64,000 nt of DNA. Source: an uncultured beta proteobacterium. GTDB taxonomy: Bacteria; Pseudomonadota; Gammaproteobacteria; Burkholderiales; Burkholderiaceae_C. Of this stretch, positions 17,064 to 27,648 are shown piece by piece. Position 1 is the stretch's first letter; every line of letters starts with the position of its first letter. Location of the stretch: contig CAMTUD010000028.1 of NCBI GenBank assembly GCA_947084805.1, forward strand, positions 2,053 to 66,052. Reading direction: 5' to 3'. Below the pieces are notes generated by a model. That model saw only the letters and a list, made by a program, of their open reading frames with translations, ran no database searches and was not told the DNA's origin. The translations under genes and the position numbers were made by a program.

Positions 17064-19180
17064 GGTGCGGCGGCACTCAGCAAGTCGATGTGACGCGCAC
17101 CGTCAAACAGCGGAAGCAGGATTGTGATGACCGTGCCGCGGCCCGGGGCGCTGTCGACCTCGATGCTGCCGCCCAGTTCGCGGATGTATTGAGAACTCTC
17201 GTAGCTACCGATGCCCATGCCACTCGCCTTCGTAGTGTTGAAGGGCCGGAACAGGCGTGTGCGCACGAAGTCCTCACTCATTCCCGAACCCGTGTCGCCC
17301 ACTTCCACCCTAACCTGCCCGCTATGCCGGCCGGTCTTGATCCAGACGCGTCCGGGGGCCGGCGTGGCGTCGAGCGCGTTTTGCACCAGATGGCCCAGCA
17401 CGCGTTCCAATCTGTCTTCGTGCCCCCGAGTCGAGAGCGGCTCTGCCGATGTTCCCGTCTCGGCATGGAGGTTGCGCCCCTGCGCATGCGCCATGGTCAC
17501 GAGCTTCTCGACCAGCGGTGCCAACTCCACGCCGTGGCTGCCACCGGGCGGTGTGGCGCCTTCACGCAGCTGCAGCATCAAGCGTTTCATCTTCTCAAGC
17601 GAGCTGGCCACGGTCAACAACATGTCCTGCTGGAACTCCCGGTTCTCGTGCAGCCGTTCCGCATTCTTCAGCATCAGCGACAGCTGGGCCACGATGTTCT
17701 TCAGGTCATGCACGACAAAGGCCGACATCTTGTTGAAGGCATCGAACTTGCGCGCCTCGACCAGGGCCTCCGTGGCCTGCATCTGTGCCAGGTGACCGGC
17801 GGCCTGGCGGCCGGCGGTCTTCAGCAAGTCCAGCACCTCCCAGTTCAGCTTGATACTCGTGCGCGAGCGTGCCAGCACGACGAAGGCGTGCAAGTCATCG
17901 CCAGCCATCAGCGGAACCACCAGCCAGCCGTTGGGTGTCCCGAGCAGCCAAGTCGGCAGACTCAACTGTTCGTAGCGCCGCGGCGACGAACGGTATTCGT
18001 CGAGATCGATGACCCAGCCCTTATCGCGCAAGAACCCGCACAGCGGCGAGTCGTCGCCCTCGGTCTGCGTCAGCGCTACGGTGTTCCAGGCGGCCGCCTG
18101 ATGGTAAGTCGACGACGACATGCTGCGCAGCCACAGGCTACCCGCTGGGCATTCGACCATGTTGGCCAGGCCTTGCACGATCAGGCCGCCCATCTCCTGC
18201 GGGCTGCGGTTGGCCGACAGCAGCGCGGTGAAGCGCAACCACTCCTCGCGATAGTCGTAGCGGTAGCTGTAGAAATTCTTGCTGACGAACACACGCAGCC
18301 AAGCACGCAGCGAGCCTGAAAACACGAGCATGCCCAGCATTGCGAGCCCGGCCACCAGCAGGCCGAGCTGCAGTGCGCGGCCCCAGTCGCCACCGAACCA
18401 GCGCACGTAGTAGCCGATGGCCGCCATGAACAGCAGATAGCCTCCGGCCAGCACCAGCGTGGCCGAGTGGAAGGCTGCCGCGTGCGAGACCTGCAGCCGG
18501 GTGATCCAGTTCGCGCCACGCCGAGAGGCCACGAAGAGCAGCGGCATGGCCAGCGTGTGCGCGACGCTGCGGAAGCTGAAGACGTCGCTGTCGAAGCGCC
18601 CGAACAGCAGGCCTTCGGCATACAGATAGAGGTCGAAGCCGAACACGCAGGCCAGGCCCATACAGACGGGTTTTGCGTTCCAGCGGCTGCCCTCGCCCAG
18701 ATTGCGAAACAGCTGCTCGACCAGCAGCAGTCCCGCAAGCGCCAGCGCCAGCGCCACAGCAATCTGCCATTGGGTGAACTCGTCGCCGTCGCCGCGCGCC
18801 CATTGCGTGGCAAGCAGCGACGCGGCGGCAGCCCAGGCCAGCATGGCGCCAACGCGCAGCGGGCTCAACGTACGCTGGCGCGCAACCGCACCGTCGGCAC
18901 CCAACAGATTCAGAAGGAAAAGCAGCCAAGCCCCATAGCGAAGCAGGTCTGCCGCAAAGCCGAAGGGCGCGACGCGGCGTGGCGGCCACCACAGGCCGGC
19001 CAACGCGGTGATGTTCCAGAGGGCAGTGAGGCACAGTGCGGCAAGGAAGAGGCGGTGCGAGCGATGCCCGGCCAGGGCCTTGGCCCGGTCGGTCACCACA
19101 AGGTAAAGCGCCAATCCGGCGTGCGCGAGCAGTGACGCCACATGGCCGAACAGGGTCACGTCTTGCGCCACCGCGTTCAT
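17060..19180 (-). CDS. prsK: Membrane histidine kinase PrsK
   Basis: Multi-TM N-terminus, YRYDYREEWLRF, GAF-like region, SAFVVHDLKN H-box, GMGIG. Confidence 0.95.
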   Translation of the reverse strand: MNAVAQDVTLFGHVASLLAHAGLALYLVVTDRAKALAGHRSHRLFLAALCLTALWNITALAGLWWPPRRVAPFGFAADLLRYGAWLLFLLNLLGADGAVARQRTLSPLRVGAMLAWAAAASLLATQWARGDGDEFTQWQIAVALALALAGLLLVEQLFRNLGEGSRWNAKPVCMGLACVFGFDLYLYAEGLLFGRFDSDVFSFRSVAHTLAMPLLFVASRRGANWITRLQVSHAAAFHSATLVLAGGYLLFMAAIGYYVRWFGGDWGRALQLGLLVAGLAMLGMLVFSGSLRAWLRVFVSKNFYSYRYDYREEWLRFTALLSANRSPQEMGGLIVQGLANMVECPAGSLWLRSMSSSTYHQAAAWNTVALTQTEGDDSPLCGFLRDKGWVIDLDEYRSSPRRYEQLSLPTWLLGTPNGWLVVPLMAGDDLHAFVVLARSRTSIKLNWEVLDLLKTAGRQAAGHLAQMQATEALVEARKFDAFNKMSAFVVHDLKNIVAQLSLMLKNAERLHENREFQQDMLLTVASSLEKMKRLMLQLREGATPPGGSHGVELAPLVEKLVTMAHAQGRNLHAETGTSAEPLSTRGHEDRLERVLGHLVQNALDATPAPGRVWIKTGRHSGQVRVEVGDTGSGMSEDFVRTRLFRPFNTTKASGMGIGSYESSQYIRELGGSIEVDSAPGRGTVITILLPLFDGARHIDLLSAAAP

Positions 19181-19211
19181 GTGCTCCGCCTCTTGAAGCG
19201 ACCCCCGCCGA

Positions 19212-20594
19212 TCAGCGCGCGCCCCGGCCCGTCAGCACGACACCTACAGTCTCGATGAGCACCACCAAGTCGAGGAACAGGGTGTGATTCTTCACATAGT
19301 ACAGGTCGTACTGCAGTTTCTCCTGCGAGTCTTCCACCGTGGCACCATAGGCGTAGCGCACCTGGGCCCAGCCAGTCACTCCGGGCTTGACACTGTGGCG
19401 CAGAGCGTAGAACGGTATTTCCTGGGTAAGTTGCTCGACGAAGAAAGGCCGCTCCGGGCGCGGGCCCACCAGGCTCATGTCGCCGTGCAGCACATTGAAG
19501 AGTTGGGGTAGTTCGTCAATGCGCAGCCTTCGTATGACCTGTCCGACGCGCGTGATACGGTCGTCGTTGGCGCTGGCCCATCGTGGCCGCCCGTCCTGTT
19601 CGGCATCGGTTCGCATGCTTCGGAACTTGGCGATGCTGAAGCTGCGGCCGTTCTGGCCAACTCGTTCCTGCCGGTAGAGCGCAGGCCCGGGGCTTTCCAG
19701 CTTGATCAGCAGCGCTGCGACCAGCATCACCGGCGCCGAAAGCAGAATCAAGAGGCTGGCGCTGACGATGTCGAAGACGCGCTTGATCGCCGTACGACCG
19801 GCGCCCTGGTTGAAGCCGTCCCCAAAGATCAGCCAGCTCGCGTTCAAGTAGTCCAGGCGGATCTGCCCCAGCGTCTTCTCGAAGTGCGTCGCCAGGTCGT
19901 AGACCTTGATGCCAGAAACCTTGCAGTCCAGGAGTTGGCGCAGCGGCATGCTGCCGGCTCGACGTTCTGTCAGGGCAACTACGATTTCGTCGACGCCGAG
20001 TTCGAAAACGAGGTCTGGCAAGGTGCCCTTGGGCACGATGATCTCGCTAGGCGAAACAGAGGGTTCGCGCTCGTTGGGGCCCGGGACGAAGCCGACAATG
20101 TACGCATTGGGATCACGCTCGCGCAGTGTCTTCACCACGGCGAGGGCCGCTGCGCCGACCCCAAAAACGAGAATACGCGTTCGGCCGGCGGCATTGGCCA
20201 AGGAGTGCGCCAGGTAGGCGCGGCGTACGACAAGCGCTGCGACGCCCGCCATCGTCGAAAACTGGACCGTGCGCGGGTTTGCAAAGCCAGCTGGCAAGAA
20301 GCCGAAGATCAGATAGGTCAGAGGCAGGGCACATGCAAGCACCAACAGGGCACGCACCACCGATCGCCCGAAGGTCGCGGAAGATGCCGGCTCGTACAGA
20401 CCCGAGGCGCTGCTGATGACGAACACGCACGCGGCGAAAGACACTACCTGCGTTCCGGCCATGGGAACCGCCTGGTCGATGCTGCCGACTTGAAAGCCTA
20501 CGGCTATGACCGCGACCAGAAGCACAAGCCCCAGGTCAAACAGCATGCCCTGCAGTGCCGACCGGTGCACGTAGTGGTTAAAGATGCGGATCAT
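19212..20594 (-). CDS. Priming undecaprenyl-phosphate sugar transferase, PEP-CTERM/XrtA system
   Basis: MIRIFNHY start, KFRSM, DELPQ, MSLVGPRPER, KPGVTGWAQ motifs. Confidence 0.93.
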   Translation of the reverse strand: MIRIFNHYVHRSALQGMLFDLGLVLLVAVIAVGFQVGSIDQAVPMAGTQVVSFAACVFVISSASGLYEPASSATFGRSVVRALLVLACALPLTYLIFGFLPAGFANPRTVQFSTMAGVAALVVRRAYLAHSLANAAGRTRILVFGVGAAALAVVKTLRERDPNAYIVGFVPGPNEREPSVSPSEIIVPKGTLPDLVFELGVDEIVVALTERRAGSMPLRQLLDCKVSGIKVYDLATHFEKTLGQIRLDYLNASWLIFGDGFNQGAGRTAIKRVFDIVSASLLILLSAPVMLVAALLIKLESPGPALYRQERVGQNGRSFSIAKFRSMRTDAEQDGRPRWASANDDRITRVGQVIRRLRIDELPQLFNVLHGDMSLVGPRPERPFFVEQLTQEIPFYALRHSVKPGVTGWAQVRYAYGATVEDSQEKLQYDLYYVKNHTLFLDLVVLIETVGVVLTGRGAR

Positions 20595-21130
20595 GTTGCC
20601 GGCCGATGGTTCACGCAGGGGGCGGAAAGGCAATGCTCACCGCCTGCGGGGCACCCAAGCGCCAAACGACGCATCGGTGTCACGTCAGGATCGCCAAACC
20701 CTCCCATGACGAAGCTGAATGTAAGGGAGTACTTCGCCGGGACACAATCCCCGCTCTCGGGGGGCGACGCTGAGGGAAGGGGCACGATCTGTTGTGGTGA
20801 CTGGCCGCTGAATGTGCTGTCGAGTTTCACTCGTGGCTCAAGGCGATGTTGGTTACCCAGGCCGCGACCCTGACCGATTTCTGCGCCGAGGCGTTCCGCG
20901 GCCAAGCAGCATAGGCGGTCGCTGAGCCGACAAGTTGCCGCCGCGTTCACGTCCACCCAGTCCGCGGCGACTTGTGCACGCATTCGATGACCGTTCGCGC
21001 TTCGGTCATTGGGCCGATGTCACGGTCAAAGGGGAGCTGTCACACTGCGGCCGTGCCTCAGCGAGGTCGCCTCGGGTAGCTGCCCCCTGACTACTGCCAG
21101 TCACACCAGCTTGACGCATCGCGATTGCTC

Positions 21131-21212
21131 TATGTGATTGATTTGTATATCGTTCTGACCTGCTGTGATGAGCGTCGACCTTGATCTGGGAGTGCGGTGG
21201 CGCATCGGCTGC
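21131..21212 (+). promoter_or_regulatory. Candidate sigma54 promoter (21198-21212) with upstream IHF-like site (21131-21143)
   Basis: TGGCGCATCGGCTGC fits GG-N10-GC; the reverse complement of 21131-21143 reads AATCAATCACATA, one mismatch from WATCAAnnnnTTR. Confidence 0.45.
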
Positions 21213-21550
21213 GCAGTGGGACATCAGCGCGGATCCCGGAAGATCTCCGCGTTCACTTGCACTCTGACTGCTCCGTTGAGACCGTCGATTTGCGGCTATC
21301 CCACCTGATTCTTTAAGGAGCTTCCAGTTCTGGGGATTTCAGCCGTTGGGTGTGCTGGCTGTCTGCGTGAATATGTCTGCTCCACTTGCATTCTCAGCGC
21401 GCAACGAGCAAGTTGACTGCGTGGCGGCTATGCCATCATGTGCGCTTTGATGGTGTGGCCGCTCGCAGGCTTGGGGCGTACACATCACGTGCTCCCCGTC
21501 GCGAATGAGCGATCTAGAAAACCCGATGCCCTGTGCGACAGGAGAAGACC

Positions 21551-22189
21551 TTGAACGCAACGACCCCGAAGTCCTATCGTTTTCTGTGGCTATGCGCACT
21601 CAGCGCATTGGTGGCCATGTTGGGAGCCTGCGCCAGTGTCCGGCCGGCAGACTTGCCGCAAGCGCCCGCAACCGCTCAATCCTCCGACTACACCTACGTC
21701 ATCGGCGCCGGCGACAGCCTGAACATCATCGTCTGGCGCAACCCCGAGCTTTCGATGTCGGTGCCGGTGCGCCCCGACGGCAAGATGTCGGCGCCGCTGG
21801 TCGAGGAACTGCAGGCCCAGGGCAAGACACCGGTGGAACTGGCGCGCGACGTCGAAAAACGCCTGGCCACCTATGTACGCGACCCCGTGGTCACCGTGCT
21901 GGTGTCGGGTTTCGTCGGCCCCTACAGCGAGCAGATCCGCGTCGTCGGCGAAGCCGCGCGGCCGCAGTTCCTGCCTTACAAGCAGAAGATGACGCTGCTC
22001 GACCTGATGATCGCCGTGGGTGGCCTGACGGACTTCGCCGACGGCAATGGGGCCATCATCCAGCGCACCTCGGACGGCAACAAGCAGTACTCGGTGCGCT
22101 TGAAAGACCTCATCAAGCGCGGCGACCTCTCGGCCAACGTCGAGATGCGCCCGGGCGACATCCTGGTCATCCCGCAGAGCTTGTTCTGA
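21551..22189 (+). CDS. wza: Polysaccharide export lipoprotein (Wza-like)
   Basis: Lipobox LGAC, YVIGAGD, VRPDGK, GGLTDFA; RBS AGGAGA before the TTG start. Confidence 0.9.
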   Translation: MNATTPKSYRFLWLCALSALVAMLGACASVRPADLPQAPATAQSSDYTYVIGAGDSLNIIVWRNPELSMSVPVRPDGKMSAPLVEELQAQGKTPVELARDVEKRLATYVRDPVVTVLVSGFVGPYSEQIRVVGEAARPQFLPYKQKMTLLDLMIAVGGLTDFADGNGAIIQRTSDGNKQYSVRLKDLIKRGDLSANVEMRPGDILVIPQSLF

Positions 22190-22268
22190 TCGCATGGCGC
22201 GGCGTGCGCCCTCGGGGCCGCCGCGTTCACAAACCGCTTCACGCGGGTCCTCGGCGTCCTAGGTAGGC

Positions 22269-23885
22269 ATGCAAGAGCTCTTACAGCAGGTTCTCGCCGT
22301 CTTGCGCGGCATGTGGAAATTCCGCTGGCCCGGCGTCGTGGTGGCGTGGGTGGTGGCCGCCATCGGCGTGGTCGTCGTCTGGCGTATCCCTGATCAGTAC
22401 GAAGCGGCCGCCCGCATCTATGTCGACACCGACTCCATCCTGAAGCCCCTGATGTCGGGCCTGGCCGTGCAGCCCAACGTCGACCAGCAGATCAACATGC
22501 TGAGCCGCACGCTCATCAGCCGGCCGAACATCGAAAAGCTCATCCGCATGGCCGACCTCGACCTGAAGGCGGCGTCGAAGTCAGACCAGGAAGCGCTGGT
22601 CGAAAAGCTGATGAAGGGCATCGAGATCCGTACCGCAGGGGGCGTGAACCTGTACTCGATGGCCTACCGCGACAACGAGCCCGACAAGGCCAAACGTGTC
22701 GTGCAGTCGATGGTGTCGATCTTCGTCGAGTCGGGCCTCGGCGCCAGCCGCAAGGACACCGACTCGGCCAAGACCTTCCTGGCCGAGCAGATCAAGACCT
22801 TCGAGGCCAAGCTGGAGGAGGCAGAGACCAGGATGAAGGAGTTCCGGCTGCGCAATCTTGATCGGCAAAGCGCCGACGGCAAGGACGCAGCGACCCGGCT
22901 CGGTGAGACCTATGCCCAGCTTGAAGCTGCGCGTCTGCAACTGAGGGAAGCGCAACAGGCTCGTGACGCCGCCAAACGGCAGCTGGCCGAGGCGCGAGGC
23001 CAGATGCCCAACAGGAGCGCATTGCCCGACCTGCTGGCCAATCGATCTGGCAACAGCGACAGCACATCTGCACCGATTTCCACGCCTGAGATCGACTCGA
23101 GGATCGAGGCGCAGAAGCGCAGCCTTGACGGGCTTCTGCAACGTTATACGGAGCAGCATCCCGACGTCGTCAGCACGCGGCGGCTGATTGCCGACCTGGA
23201 AGACCAGAAGCGCAAGGAGGTGACAGAACTTCGCCGCCGTGCTGCCCTGCAGCCCAAACCCGTCGTCGGCATGCCCGGCGGACCCATCGAGAGCCTGGCG
23301 GTTCAAGAGTTGAACCGCATGCTGGCCACGGCTGAGGTCCAGGTCGCTTCGATACAGGCGCGCGTCGACGAGTTTGGCGGGCGTTATGCGCAGATGCGCG
23401 AGTCTCTCAAGACCGCACCACAGATCGAAGCCGAGGCCGCGCAGCTCAACCGCGACTATGCCATCACGAAGAAGAACTACGAGGACCTGGTCGCCCGTCG
23501 CCAGTCGGCCGTGATGTCGGGTGAACTCGACGTGGCGTCTGGCGTGGCCGAGTTCCGTCTCATCGACCCCCCGCGCGTGACACCGAAACCCGTCTCGCCG
23601 AACCGCCTGCTCCTGCTGCCGGCGGCCTTGCTGGCGGCCTTGGCGGCCGGGCTCGGCATGGCCTTCGCGGCCAGTCAGCTGCGCCCCACCTTCAGCGACG
23701 CCGACCAGTTGCGCCTGGCCACCGGCTTGCCGCTGCTGGGCGTGGTGACGATGCTGACCACCGACGCCGACCGCCGCCGCCAGCGCGGCAGCCTGTTTCG
23801 TTTTGTGGCCGCGTCGGGCGGGCTCGTGGGCCTGTTCATCGCCGGCATCGTCGCCATGACGCTCACCAGCCGCTACGGACTATGA
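22269..23885 (+). CDS. Polysaccharide chain-length determinant (Wzc periplasmic part)
   Basis: N- and C-terminal TMs, coiled coil, YTEQHPDV, IDPP..P..PVSPNR. Confidence 0.92.
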   Translation: MQELLQQVLAVLRGMWKFRWPGVVVAWVVAAIGVVVVWRIPDQYEAAARIYVDTDSILKPLMSGLAVQPNVDQQINMLSRTLISRPNIEKLIRMADLDLKAASKSDQEALVEKLMKGIEIRTAGGVNLYSMAYRDNEPDKAKRVVQSMVSIFVESGLGASRKDTDSAKTFLAEQIKTFEAKLEEAETRMKEFRLRNLDRQSADGKDAATRLGETYAQLEAARLQLREAQQARDAAKRQLAEARGQMPNRSALPDLLANRSGNSDSTSAPISTPEIDSRIEAQKRSLDGLLQRYTEQHPDVVSTRRLIADLEDQKRKEVTELRRRAALQPKPVVGMPGGPIESLAVQELNRMLATAEVQVASIQARVDEFGGRYAQMRESLKTAPQIEAEAAQLNRDYAITKKNYEDLVARRQSAVMSGELDVASGVAEFRLIDPPRVTPKPVSPNRLLLLPAALLAALAAGLGMAFAASQLRPTFSDADQLRLATGLPLLGVVTMLTTDADRRRQRGSLFRFVAASGGLVGLFIAGIVAMTLTSRYGL

Positions 23886-23889
23886 CGCC

Positions 23890-24972
23890 ATGAGCAGCCT
23901 CATCGAACAAGCCGCCCAGCGGCTGGAACAACTGCGCCAGGCCGGCATCACCATCCCCGAGCCGGGCTTGCCGCTGGCCGCGCCGGCCTCGGCGGCGTCG
24001 GAGGCCGTGGCCACGGCCATCGAGCGCACGCCGTCGCCGTGGGCCCAGGCCGCCCAGCCTGTGCCGGCGGCGCCCGCCGCCGCAGCCGATTTGCACGAGA
24101 GCCTGATCCAGTCGCGCAAGGTCGAGATCGACCTCGCCGCCCTGGGCGCCGCCGGCATCGTCACGCCGATTTCGCCGCGCTCGCACATGGCCGACCAGTA
24201 CCGTGTCATCAAGCGGCCGCTGATCGCCAACGCGATGGGCCGCGGGGCTGCGACGGTGGCGCATGGCAACCTGATCATGGTCACCAGCGCGCTACCGGGC
24301 GAGGGCAAGAGCTTCACCTCGATCAACCTGGCGATGAGCATCGCCGCCGAGCTCGACCACACGGTGATGCTGGTCGATGCCGACGTGGCCCGGCCCTCGG
24401 TCCTACGCATGTTGGGCCTGCCGCCCGGCCCGGGCCTGCTCGACCTGCTGGAAGGCAAGGCCGAAATGGCCAACGTGCTGCTGCGCACCAACGTCGACAA
24501 GCTCACCATCCTGCCCAGCGGCTCGCCGCATCCGCGCGCCACAGAGTTGCTGGCCAGCGACGCCATGTCCAACCTGCTGGAGGACATGGCCACACGCTAC
24601 CCCGACCGCATCATCATCTTCGATTCGCCACCGCTGCTGCTGACCACCGAATCGCGTGTGCTGGCCACCCACATGGGACAGATCGTGGTCGTGGTCCACG
24701 CCGACCGCACGCTGCAAGGCACCGTCAAGCAGGCCCTGGCGGCCATCGAGGCCTGCCCGTTGAAGCTGATGGTGCTGAACAAGGCGCGCGGCGGCGTCGG
24801 CGGCTCGTACGGCAGCAGCTATGGCTACGGTTACGGTTATGGCTACGGTTATGGCTACGGTTACGGCTACGGCTCGGCCACCCAGGCTGGCGCGCAGGGC
24901 AAGGGCGCACCGGCCGCGGCCCCGCCCGAACCCGAAGTGACCGAAGGCGCCGGCGCTTCCGGCCGCGGATGA
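23890..24972 (+). CDS. BY-kinase (tyrosine autokinase) of the EPS system
   Basis: Walker A GEGKS, A' LVDAD, B IIFDSPP, C-terminal Tyr cluster. Confidence 0.93.
   Translation: MSSLIEQAAQRLEQLRQAGITIPEPGLPLAAPASAASEAVATAIERTPSPWAQAAQPVPAAPAAAADLHESLIQSRKVEIDLAALGAAGIVTPISPRSHMADQYRVIKRPLIANAMGRGAATVAHGNLIMVTSALPGEGKSFTSINLAMSIAAELDHTVMLVDADVARPSVLRMLGLPPGPGLLDLLEGKAEMANVLLRTNVDKLTILPSGSPHPRATELLASDAMSNLLEDMATRYPDRIIIFDSPPLLLTTESRVLATHMGQIVVVVHADRTLQGTVKQALAAIEACPLKLMVLNKARGGVGGSYGSSYGYGYGYGYGYGYGYGYGSATQAGAQGKGAPAAAPPEPEVTEGAGASGRG
24820..24873 (+). repeat. Hexamer tandem repeat (TAYGGY)x9 encoding (YG)9
   Basis: Read directly from the sequence. Confidence 0.95.
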
Positions 24973-26537
24973 CGCGGCGCGTTCAGATGAACTGCCCAGA
25001 TCCGCGACGACCCGGGCAAAGGCGCCCGGGCACGACCCTCACCGTCCTGGCACAGGCGGTGGCGTGTGCCTGTGTCGCCTGGGCCGCCATGCCGGCGTCG
25101 GCGCAGGAAGGTGGCCGTTCATCCAGCTTTGCCACCACGCTGGACACTTCTCTGACCTACATCGACAGCCGGCGCGAAGATGCCCTGCAGCAGGGCGGCG
25201 ACCTGACCACCGAGGTCCGGCCCGGCTTTCGGTATGCCAGCCGTTCAGGCCGCGTGCGCGGTCAGGTGAACTACGGCCTGGGCCTGGTGCACCACACACG
25301 GGGTTCGCCCTCGACCGAGGCGCAGCACCAGCTGAGTGCCAACCTCGTCGGTGAACTGATCGAGCGGCGCGCCTTCGTCGATGTGACGTCGTCCATCTCG
25401 AAACAATCGCTGTCGGCCTATGGCCAGCAGTCGGTGGCCGCCAACCGGGCCGACAACACCAATCTGGCCGAGGTGTGGAACCTGTCCGTCTCGCCCTACA
25501 TCAGCGGCGCCATCGGAGACTTCGCGCTCTACAACCTGCGCCTGAACGCGGCCGCCACGAACACCCGCAAATCGATCACCGGCGACTCCACCACCACAGG
25601 CGGCTCGGCCTCGCTGAATTCGGCCCGCCGCGGTGCAGTGATCGGCTGGGGCCTTACGGCATCCAGGACAAAAAGCGACTTCCGCGCCGGCACCGAGTCG
25701 AGCAGCGAAAACACCATCGCGTCGATCAACATCACGCCCGATGTCGACTGGGCGTTGACGCTGCGCGGGGGCAAGGAGTCCACCGACATCGGCGCCACCC
25801 AGCAGCAGTCGTACTCGACCTGGGGCGCGTCGGTGCGTTGGCAGCCTTCACCGCGCACCACGGCAGACGTCAGCGCCGACCATCGATTTTTCGGCCGCTC
25901 GCACAACGTCACGCTGTCGCACCGTTTCCCCTTGTCCAGCGTGCGCTTCACGAGCGCACGCGACGTCACGCTCAGCACCAACCCGAACGGCCTGGGGCAG
26001 CCGCAGACGCTGTACCAGTTGTTCTACAACCAGTTCGCGTCGCTCGAACCCGACCCCATCCTGCGCGAACAGCTCGTGCTCACCTTCCTGGGCGGCCAGG
26101 GCCAGGACCCGAATGCCACCGTCGGCGGCGGCTTCCTCTCAGCCGGGCCCAGTCTTCAGGAGAGGCACGACTTCGCGTGGAACTACAGCGCCAAGCGCCT
26201 GACGCTGGCGCTGCAGGCTTTCGCCAACCGCAGCGGGCAGATCGGCAGCACGTCGGTCACACCCACGGGCGAAGACGTGCGCCAGCGTGGCTACAACAGC
26301 ACCGTGTCCTACCGGTTGACGCCCACGGCGTCGTTCGGCATCAACGGTTCGCGCCTGATGACCCAGCCCACGTCGGTGCAGTCGGGCACCGACCTGAAGT
26401 CGCTGTCGCTGACCTTCACCGACCAGCTGGGCCGGCGCACCACCGGGGCCTTGAGCGCGCGCTATAGCGTGTTCAACAGCACCTTCAACCCTTACCGCGA
26501 GTCGGCCGTCACGGCGTCGCTGGCCATGCGGTTCTAG
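24969..26537 (+). CDS. PEP-CTERM system-associated outer-membrane beta-barrel protein
   Basis: Signal peptide ending ASA-Q, Ser/Thr-rich alternating strands, terminal Phe; canonical position between kinase and ATPase. Start uncertain. Confidence 0.85.
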   Translation: MTRRVQMNCPDPRRPGQRRPGTTLTVLAQAVACACVAWAAMPASAQEGGRSSSFATTLDTSLTYIDSRREDALQQGGDLTTEVRPGFRYASRSGRVRGQVNYGLGLVHHTRGSPSTEAQHQLSANLVGELIERRAFVDVTSSISKQSLSAYGQQSVAANRADNTNLAEVWNLSVSPYISGAIGDFALYNLRLNAAATNTRKSITGDSTTTGGSASLNSARRGAVIGWGLTASRTKSDFRAGTESSSENTIASINITPDVDWALTLRGGKESTDIGATQQQSYSTWGASVRWQPSPRTTADVSADHRFFGRSHNVTLSHRFPLSSVRFTSARDVTLSTNPNGLGQPQTLYQLFYNQFASLEPDPILREQLVLTFLGGQGQDPNATVGGGFLSAGPSLQERHDFAWNYSAKRLTLALQAFANRSGQIGSTSVTPTGEDVRQRGYNSTVSYRLTPTASFGINGSRLMTQPTSVQSGTDLKSLSLTFTDQLGRRTTGALSARYSVFNSTFNPYRESAVTASLAMRF

Positions 26538-26541
26538 CGCC

Positions 26542-27648
26542 ATGTACGAAGCCTTCTACGGCCTCACGGCCAAGCCCTTCCAGCTCAACCCCGACCCGAG
26601 CTTCTACTTCGCAAGCAAGCAGCACCGGCGCGCCAAGGCCTACCTGGAATACGGCGTCTCGCGCAACGAAGGTTTCATCGTCATCACCGGCGAGATCGGC
26701 GCCGGCAAGACCATGGTGCTGCGCAGCCTGATCGAAGGCCTGAACGGCAGCAACGTCATCACTGGCCACCTCGTCACCACGCAGCTGGGTGCCGAAGACA
26801 CGCTGCGCATGGTGGGCGCGGCCTTCGGCTTCCGTGTCAAGGACGTGCCCAAGAGCGAACTGCTGATCACGCTGGAAGCCTTCCTCATCAGCCAGACGAG
26901 CAAGGGCAAGCGCTGCCTGCTGATCGTCGACGAGGCGCAGAACCTCACGCCGCGCGCGGTGGAAGAGCTGCGCATGCTGAGCAATTTCCAGTTCGGCAAC
27001 CAGGCACTGCTGCAGAGCTTCCTGGTGGGCCAGCCCGAGTTCCGGCAGATCCTGCAGCAGCCCGAGATGGAGCAGTTCCGCCAGCGTGTGGCGGCCACCT
27101 GCCACATCGGGCCGCTGGACGTGGACGAGACACGCGCCTACATCGAACACCGCCTGAAGTGCGCAGGCGCCAAAGGCAAGCCGAGCTTCGAGCCCGCTGC
27201 CTTCACCGGCATCTATGCCGCCACGGGTGGCATTCCGCGCCGCATCAACGCGGTGTGCGACCGGCTGCTGCTGGCGGGTTTCCTGAGCGGCCGCACGCTG
27301 CTGACGGCAGAGGACGTCGCCGAGGTGGTGCGCGAGTTCGAACAGGAAAACCAGGTGCCGGCCAACGCCGCGCGCGTGGCCGTGTCGGCCGGTGCCGAGC
27401 CCAGCATGCCTGGTGGCATGGCAGGGGCGATGATCGATGTCGATCTGAGCAGCGTGCAACTCGGCGCCGACGACGCCGAGGCCATGTCCAAGCAGATCGC
27501 CGCCCTCACGGCCGACCAACGCGGCGACCAGTTGCAGCGCCTGGAACGCAGCCTGCTGCGGCTGGAACGAACGAACCTGCAGATCCTGGCCATGTTCCAG
27601 AAGCTGGTGGACGCCAGCAAGAAGAAGACCCACGGCGAAAGCGATTGA
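26542..27648 (+). CDS. XrtA/PEP-CTERM-associated ExeA-like ATPase
   Basis: MYEAFYGL..KPFQLNPDP, GEIGAGKT, VDEAQNL, GGIPRRIN. Confidence 0.93.
   Translation: MYEAFYGLTAKPFQLNPDPSFYFASKQHRRAKAYLEYGVSRNEGFIVITGEIGAGKTMVLRSLIEGLNGSNVITGHLVTTQLGAEDTLRMVGAAFGFRVKDVPKSELLITLEAFLISQTSKGKRCLLIVDEAQNLTPRAVEELRMLSNFQFGNQALLQSFLVGQPEFRQILQQPEMEQFRQRVAATCHIGPLDVDETRAYIEHRLKCAGAKGKPSFEPAAFTGIYAATGGIPRRINAVCDRLLLAGFLSGRTLLTAEDVAEVVREFEQENQVPANAARVAVSAGAEPSMPGGMAGAMIDVDLSSVQLGADDAEAMSKQIAALTADQRGDQLQRLERSLLRLERTNLQILAMFQKLVDASKKKTHGESD

Noticed and set aside
24039..24968. N-terminal extension of the outer-membrane protein (also the extensions at 27159 and 30460)
   Set aside because: They overlap upstream genes in another frame; the real starts lie at the gene junctions.
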